Source: an uncultured Eubacteriales bacterium (GTDB lineage Bacteria; Acidobacteriota; Aminicenantia; Aminicenantales; Aminicenantaceae). From it: 64,000 bases of DNA. The stretch spans positions 80,466-144,465 of the forward strand of contig CAZIDF010000008.1 of the NCBI GenBank assembly GCA_964538085.1, in the 5' to 3' direction. Shown piece by piece: positions 59,816 to 64,000 of the stretch; the stretch's first letter is position 1, and each line of letters starts with the position of its first letter. Position numbers and translations under genes: made by a program. The notes under the pieces are model-generated. The model worked only from the letters and a program-made list of their open reading frames with translations, did no database searches and was not told the origin of the DNA.

Positions 59816-62161
59816 ATGGTGAACATACGGATCTCAGTCCGGGCTCTGGTCGAACATCTCCTCAAGAGAGGCGACCTATCGATGAGTTTCGATATTGCCG
59901 CGCGGACATCCCTATTCGCCGGCAACCACGCCCATCATAAGATCCAAAAATCCCGGCCAGAACCCTATACCGCCGAAGTACCCGTTTTTTATCGAGTCGA
60001 TAACGAACGCATCGTTCTCGACATCCAGGGACGGATCGACGGACTGTACGAACTAGCCGATTCCGTGGTGATCGAAGAAATAAAGACCACCCGAAAAGAC
60101 TTGGAAGGTTTCATAAAACAAAACAGCGAACTTCACTGGGCCCAGGTTAAAGTGTATGCTGCGATCTATGCGATCGAAAATAACCTGGATCGGATACTCG
60201 CTCAACTCACATACGGCCACATAGAAACTGGGGAGGTCAGGACCTATTTCCAGGAATACAATACAGATGAGCTCCGCATGTTTTTTTTGCATTTGCTGGA
60301 ACAATATTTCCAGTGGGTTGAAAAGATCCAAGATTGGCATGAGGAGAGGGATCGATCGATCTTCACATCAGATTTTCCCTTCGTGTCCTTCCGCAGCGGT
60401 CAACGCCAAATGATCGAAGACGTTGCCGCCATCATCGAACAGGAAGAGCAAATCATCATCCAGGCCCCAACAGGCATCGGTAAAACCGTGGCCGTCCTTT
60501 ATCCAGCCATCAAAGCTATAGCCGAAGGGCACATCCAAAAGATGTTTTACCTGACGTCGCGTACAACAGGACGCTTTATCGCTGAAAAAACTTTGATAGA
60601 GCTAAAAAAAAGCGGACTCCGCATAAAATTCGTGACATTGACCGCCAAGGAAAAGATCTGTTTCAACCCGGAAAAAAATTGCACTCCCGATGAATGTTCT
60701 TTTGCCAAGGGATATTATGACCGCTTCGTCGAAGCCCGTAAGTCCCTGTTTGACGAAGAAGCCTTCACTGCCGACAAGATCGCTGAGATTGCCCGTGTCC
60801 ACCAAATCTGTCCCTTCGAATTTTCACTCGACATGGCGCTTTGGGTGGAGTGTATCATCTGCGACCTTAACTATGTGTTCGATCCAAGGGTGTGTCTCCG
60901 ACGGTTTTTCCTGGAAAACCCAATCGATTGCACCATTCTCGTAGACGAAGCTCACAATCTCGTCGACAGGTCAAGAGAGATGTACTCCGCTAAAATCGAT
61001 AAAACAGATTTCTTGAAAATCCGGCGTCTCCTCAAGAACAAAGAATCCGAGCTCTATCGAGCAGCAGGAGAGGTCAACAGGCAAATGTCGGAAATGAAAA
61101 AAACGCTCGAAGAGGAAAATAGCGCTTGGCAGGATGAACGCCCCGAAAAACTCCTTCCCCCTCTCAGGCATCTTCTCACGAGCCTCGAACGCTGGCTATC
61201 TTCCCACCCAAGCTCCCCCCAAACCCAAGAGATGCTCGATCGCTACTTTGCGGTAAACTGGTTTCTAAGAGTCTCTGAACTTTACGATAAAAACTATGCG
61301 ACTTGCCTCGAACAAACTTATCGTAATTTCAGCACAAAACTTTATTGCATCGATCCTTCCGAACATCTCCGTGAGACTTTCGAACGGGTCAATTCATCCG
61401 TTCTTTTTTCAGCGACCATCACACCCATGTCCTACTTCGCTCAGATTTTTGGATTAAAGGATTCGGTCGAAAAACGGATTCTCCCCTCTCCTTTTCCCCA
61501 AGAAAACCTGTGTGTCCTCGTTTCTGATTCTGTTTCCACACTCTACAGACACAGGTCTCAAACAAAAAAAGCTCTGGTTCAGACCATCGGTTCTCTGGTC
61601 GAAGCCAAAAAGGGAAATTACATGGTTTATTTCCCTTCCTATGAATACCTGCAGATGGTGCATCCTCTGTATGAAGCGGCCTTTCCCCACCACAAAATCC
61701 TCATGCAGACACATGAGATGAGAGAAGACGAAAGAGTGGACTTCCTATCTAATTTCTCGGAAGAAAACGATCACAGCCTCGTGGGTTTTGTGGTGATGGG
61801 AGGTATTTTCGGGGAAGGCATCGATCTGGTCGGAGACCGGTTGACAGGAGCTGTCATCGTCGGTGTCGGATTGCCCGGAATTTCGCTGGAAAGAGAAATG
61901 ATCCGCCATCATTTCTCTGAAAACCAGCTCTCCGGTTTCGACTATGCTTATCGCTATCCAGGGCTGATCCGCGTGTTTCAAGCGGCAGGTCGGGTTATAA
62001 GAACCGAAAACGACCGTGGAACGATACTCTTGATCGATCCTCGTTATTCTCATCCCCAGTATAACGAACTGTTTCCCCAGGAATGGCTGGTCCAACCGGT
62101 ACAAAATCACGGTCAGATCCGGCAGATATTGGATGAATTTTGGGTTGAGCCAAAATCATGA
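59816..62161 (+). CDS. fusion of an N-terminal Cas4/RecB-like PD-(D/E)xK nuclease domain with an XPD/DinG-type (Rad3-like) Fe-S SF2 helicase
   Basis: Nuclease motifs are GRIDGL...VVIEEIKTT and QVKVY (QxxxY). Helicase motifs are Walker A QAPTGIGKT, a 4-Cys cluster (C-FNPEKNC-TPDEC...QICPFE), DEAH box VDEAHNL, and C-terminal helicase_C_2-like motifs. The upstream in-frame ATGs at 59714 and 59804 conflict with the predicted promoter. Confidence 0.7.
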   Translation: MVNIRISVRALVEHLLKRGDLSMSFDIAARTSLFAGNHAHHKIQKSRPEPYTAEVPVFYRVDNERIVLDIQGRIDGLYELADSVVIEEIKTTRKDLEGFIKQNSELHWAQVKVYAAIYAIENNLDRILAQLTYGHIETGEVRTYFQEYNTDELRMFFLHLLEQYFQWVEKIQDWHEERDRSIFTSDFPFVSFRSGQRQMIEDVAAIIEQEEQIIIQAPTGIGKTVAVLYPAIKAIAEGHIQKMFYLTSRTTGRFIAEKTLIELKKSGLRIKFVTLTAKEKICFNPEKNCTPDECSFAKGYYDRFVEARKSLFDEEAFTADKIAEIARVHQICPFEFSLDMALWVECIICDLNYVFDPRVCLRRFFLENPIDCTILVDEAHNLVDRSREMYSAKIDKTDFLKIRRLLKNKESELYRAAGEVNRQMSEMKKTLEEENSAWQDERPEKLLPPLRHLLTSLERWLSSHPSSPQTQEMLDRYFAVNWFLRVSELYDKNYATCLEQTYRNFSTKLYCIDPSEHLRETFERVNSSVLFSATITPMSYFAQIFGLKDSVEKRILPSPFPQENLCVLVSDSVSTLYRHRSQTKKALVQTIGSLVEAKKGNYMVYFPSYEYLQMVHPLYEAAFPHHKILMQTHEMREDERVDFLSNFSEENDHSLVGFVVMGGIFGEGIDLVGDRLTGAVIVGVGLPGISLEREMIRHHFSENQLSGFDYAYRYPGLIRVFQAAGRVIRTENDRGTILLIDPRYSHPQYNELFPQEWLVQPVQNHGQIRQILDEFWVEPKS

Positions 62162-63951
62162 ATAAAGAAAGATTGAACAAGCGAAAAAGCGATCTGAGCC
62201 TCAGAAAATTGACCGTGCTTGCCCTAGACTGCCAAGCTACCCACAGCAATCCCGAAATCGGTCGTCTATTCGAGATAGGCTGGGTAAATACACAAGCCAC
62301 TCCCCTATTCGACCATGAATTGACGGCTGAAAAAGTCAAATCACACTTGGTCACGATGGAGGACAATTTCCAGGTCCCCAAACAATTTCTTAGAATAACC
62401 GGGATAAAATCCGAGGAAATGAACGAGGCCATTTCTAAACGAAACACATGGCAAAAGCTCTATCGCACGGCAAAAAAAACGGCATCCAATAATCAGGGGA
62501 TATGCCCCGCCGTGATCCACTATAGCCGGTATGAAGAGCCATATCTCCAACACCTTCATCAGGAATTCGCACCCCAGCAGGATTTGCCGTTCACAATCGT
62601 CTGCACTCACAAGATTGTCAGCAGGCTTTTTCCCGGACTCCCCCGGAAAGGATTAAGGGCTGTAGCAGGTTATTTCGGATATTCCCTGCCAAATTTCAGG
62701 CGGAGCCTGCACCATGTGGTGGCAACTGCCTTTATTTGGAATCATGTAGTCCGGGTACTCGAAGAAAAAGAAAATATCACAACGTTTACTGGACTTCAGG
62801 ACTGGCTTAACTCCCCTGCTCCTCCTGCCCATTCCAAGCAATGGGAACGGGAATACCCGATGGAAAAGGCTCTTAGGCAAGACCTCCCGGAAAAACCAGG
62901 GATTTACAGGATGTACCGATCTTCAGGGGATTTGCTCTACATCGGGAAGGCAAAATCTCTCAAACACCGGGTGAACAGCTATTTTACCAAACGAGGACGG
63001 CATGCCGAGCATATCCTCGAGATGCTCAGCCAGGCTCGAACTCTTTCGACCACCGTGACACTGACAGCGTTCGAAGCAGCTATCAGGGAATCCGATGAGA
63101 TAAAGCTCCAATCTCCCCCGTACAACAGGGCTCTCCAACCAAATGAAAGACAACTGTATTTCTACCGCGAAAATCTCAAAAACAAACAAACAGAACCAAA
63201 CACAAAACATCCGGTCGGCCCCATTCCCTCTAATATCAAAATGGAATCGCTCGCAAAACTCCTCGATTTGCTAAATGCAAAGATAAAAAAAATCACCCCA
63301 CGCTTGATAGAGGAGTTGCTGGATTGTCCGCCAGAATATTCACCCGAAAAACAATGCTTTATCTCAGGTTTTGAAACATTCAAAAAGGAATTTTGTGTCT
63401 CCATCGAAACACCCGTAACATTAAACAAAATGATGAAATGGGGCACACAGTTCTGGCAGGAAAAATTAATTGAAAAGGAATCCGATATTGCGATAAGGGA
63501 TGCGGAAGAAACTCAAAAGGATGAAGATCAGAAAGAAATCGAGGAAGGCTGGACTCCTGAACGGGTTTTTAAGACTTTGAAGAGGAAAATCCGGATGGAT
63601 TCATACCAGATGCGTCGATCGCGGTGGTTCTGCCGCCTGAGCGAATCTCGCCTTGCTTGGACTAACACAAATGGAGCAGAAGAGGATAAAAATGTTCTCC
63701 TATTCGAGAATGGAACGATACAGTCTAACAATAGCGATCCGCTATCCAAAATTTCAGAGATTCCACCGGGACACCAAAAAACGCTCAATCAAAGACAAGC
63801 CAACTTCGATATCGCCACCTACGACAGGATGCGTATCGTCACGACCGAAATGCGTCGTATTATTCAAGAGGGTCGTGACATCGAGCTGACATTTCATCCA
63901 GGGAGCATTTTGAATAAGCAGCAGCTAGAAAAAATCTTGAAATGGATATGA
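62158..63951 (+). CDS. fusion of a DnaQ-like DEDDh exonuclease-fold domain (catalytic residues largely substituted) with a GIY-YIG nuclease domain
   Basis: Its start overlaps the helicase stop (ATGA). The exo-I-like motif is LALDCQATH (DxE to DxQ); exo II is IHYSRYEE; exo III is HHVVATA. The GIY-YIG motifs are GIYRMY...LLYIGKAKSLKHRVNSY, with downstream E and N. It is 597 aa. Confidence 0.7.
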   Translation: MNKERLNKRKSDLSLRKLTVLALDCQATHSNPEIGRLFEIGWVNTQATPLFDHELTAEKVKSHLVTMEDNFQVPKQFLRITGIKSEEMNEAISKRNTWQKLYRTAKKTASNNQGICPAVIHYSRYEEPYLQHLHQEFAPQQDLPFTIVCTHKIVSRLFPGLPRKGLRAVAGYFGYSLPNFRRSLHHVVATAFIWNHVVRVLEEKENITTFTGLQDWLNSPAPPAHSKQWEREYPMEKALRQDLPEKPGIYRMYRSSGDLLYIGKAKSLKHRVNSYFTKRGRHAEHILEMLSQARTLSTTVTLTAFEAAIRESDEIKLQSPPYNRALQPNERQLYFYRENLKNKQTEPNTKHPVGPIPSNIKMESLAKLLDLLNAKIKKITPRLIEELLDCPPEYSPEKQCFISGFETFKKEFCVSIETPVTLNKMMKWGTQFWQEKLIEKESDIAIRDAEETQKDEDQKEIEEGWTPERVFKTLKRKIRMDSYQMRRSRWFCRLSESRLAWTNTNGAEEDKNVLLFENGTIQSNNSDPLSKISEIPPGHQKTLNQRQANFDIATYDRMRIVTTEMRRIIQEGRDIELTFHPGSILNKQQLEKILKWI

Positions 63952-64000
63952 TAAAATTATTATTTTTAGCAGACACACATCTGGGATTCGATTATCCCTT

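Overview
This 64 kb window is gene-dense chromosomal DNA with about 46% GC. It is probably from a didermic (Gram-negative-type) bacterium: many products have signal peptides or are outer-membrane beta-barrels ending in F, there is a TonB-dependent receptor, and the RND efflux pump has an outer-membrane factor. I found no rRNA, CRISPR array, transposase or integrase. The core content is a partial TLC-like membrane transporter; a signalling neighbourhood (two tandem secreted Fam20-like atypical kinases, an RsbW-type HATPase kinase, a receiver-TonB_C fusion, an NHL/PEGA protein, a Hanks Ser/Thr kinase); mutY; a TolC-MFP-RND efflux operon; serS with two adjacent tRNA-Ser genes; a cobO-like adenosyltransferase; a DapA-family lyase; a 4.5S/SRP RNA not visible in the ORF track; an M14 carboxypeptidase; an ArsR plus DsrE-like pair; a frameshifted beta-helix surface protein; a POT peptide transporter with two secreted M42 aminopeptidases; transketolase; a GT4/LmbE/two-domain-GNAT/Fem-like cluster; several OM proteins and a TPR protein; an SSS transporter; and an esterase-GNAT-TonB-receptor operon. 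The best candidates for something undescribed are three. First, a translationally coupled pair at the 3' end of the window: a Cas4/RecB-like PD-(D/E)xK nuclease fused to an XPD/DinG-type Fe-S helicase, followed by a degenerate DEDDh domain fused to an intact GIY-YIG nuclease. Second, a mycothiol/bacillithiol-like glycoside pathway lacking a Cys ligase but carrying a Fem/CelD-fold transferase. Third, the tandem secreted Fam20-like kinases next to a pseudo-receiver-TonB fusion. Several long-range inverted repeats and a motif shared between two intergenic regions are also reported. All functional calls rest on motif recognition from memory, not database searches.
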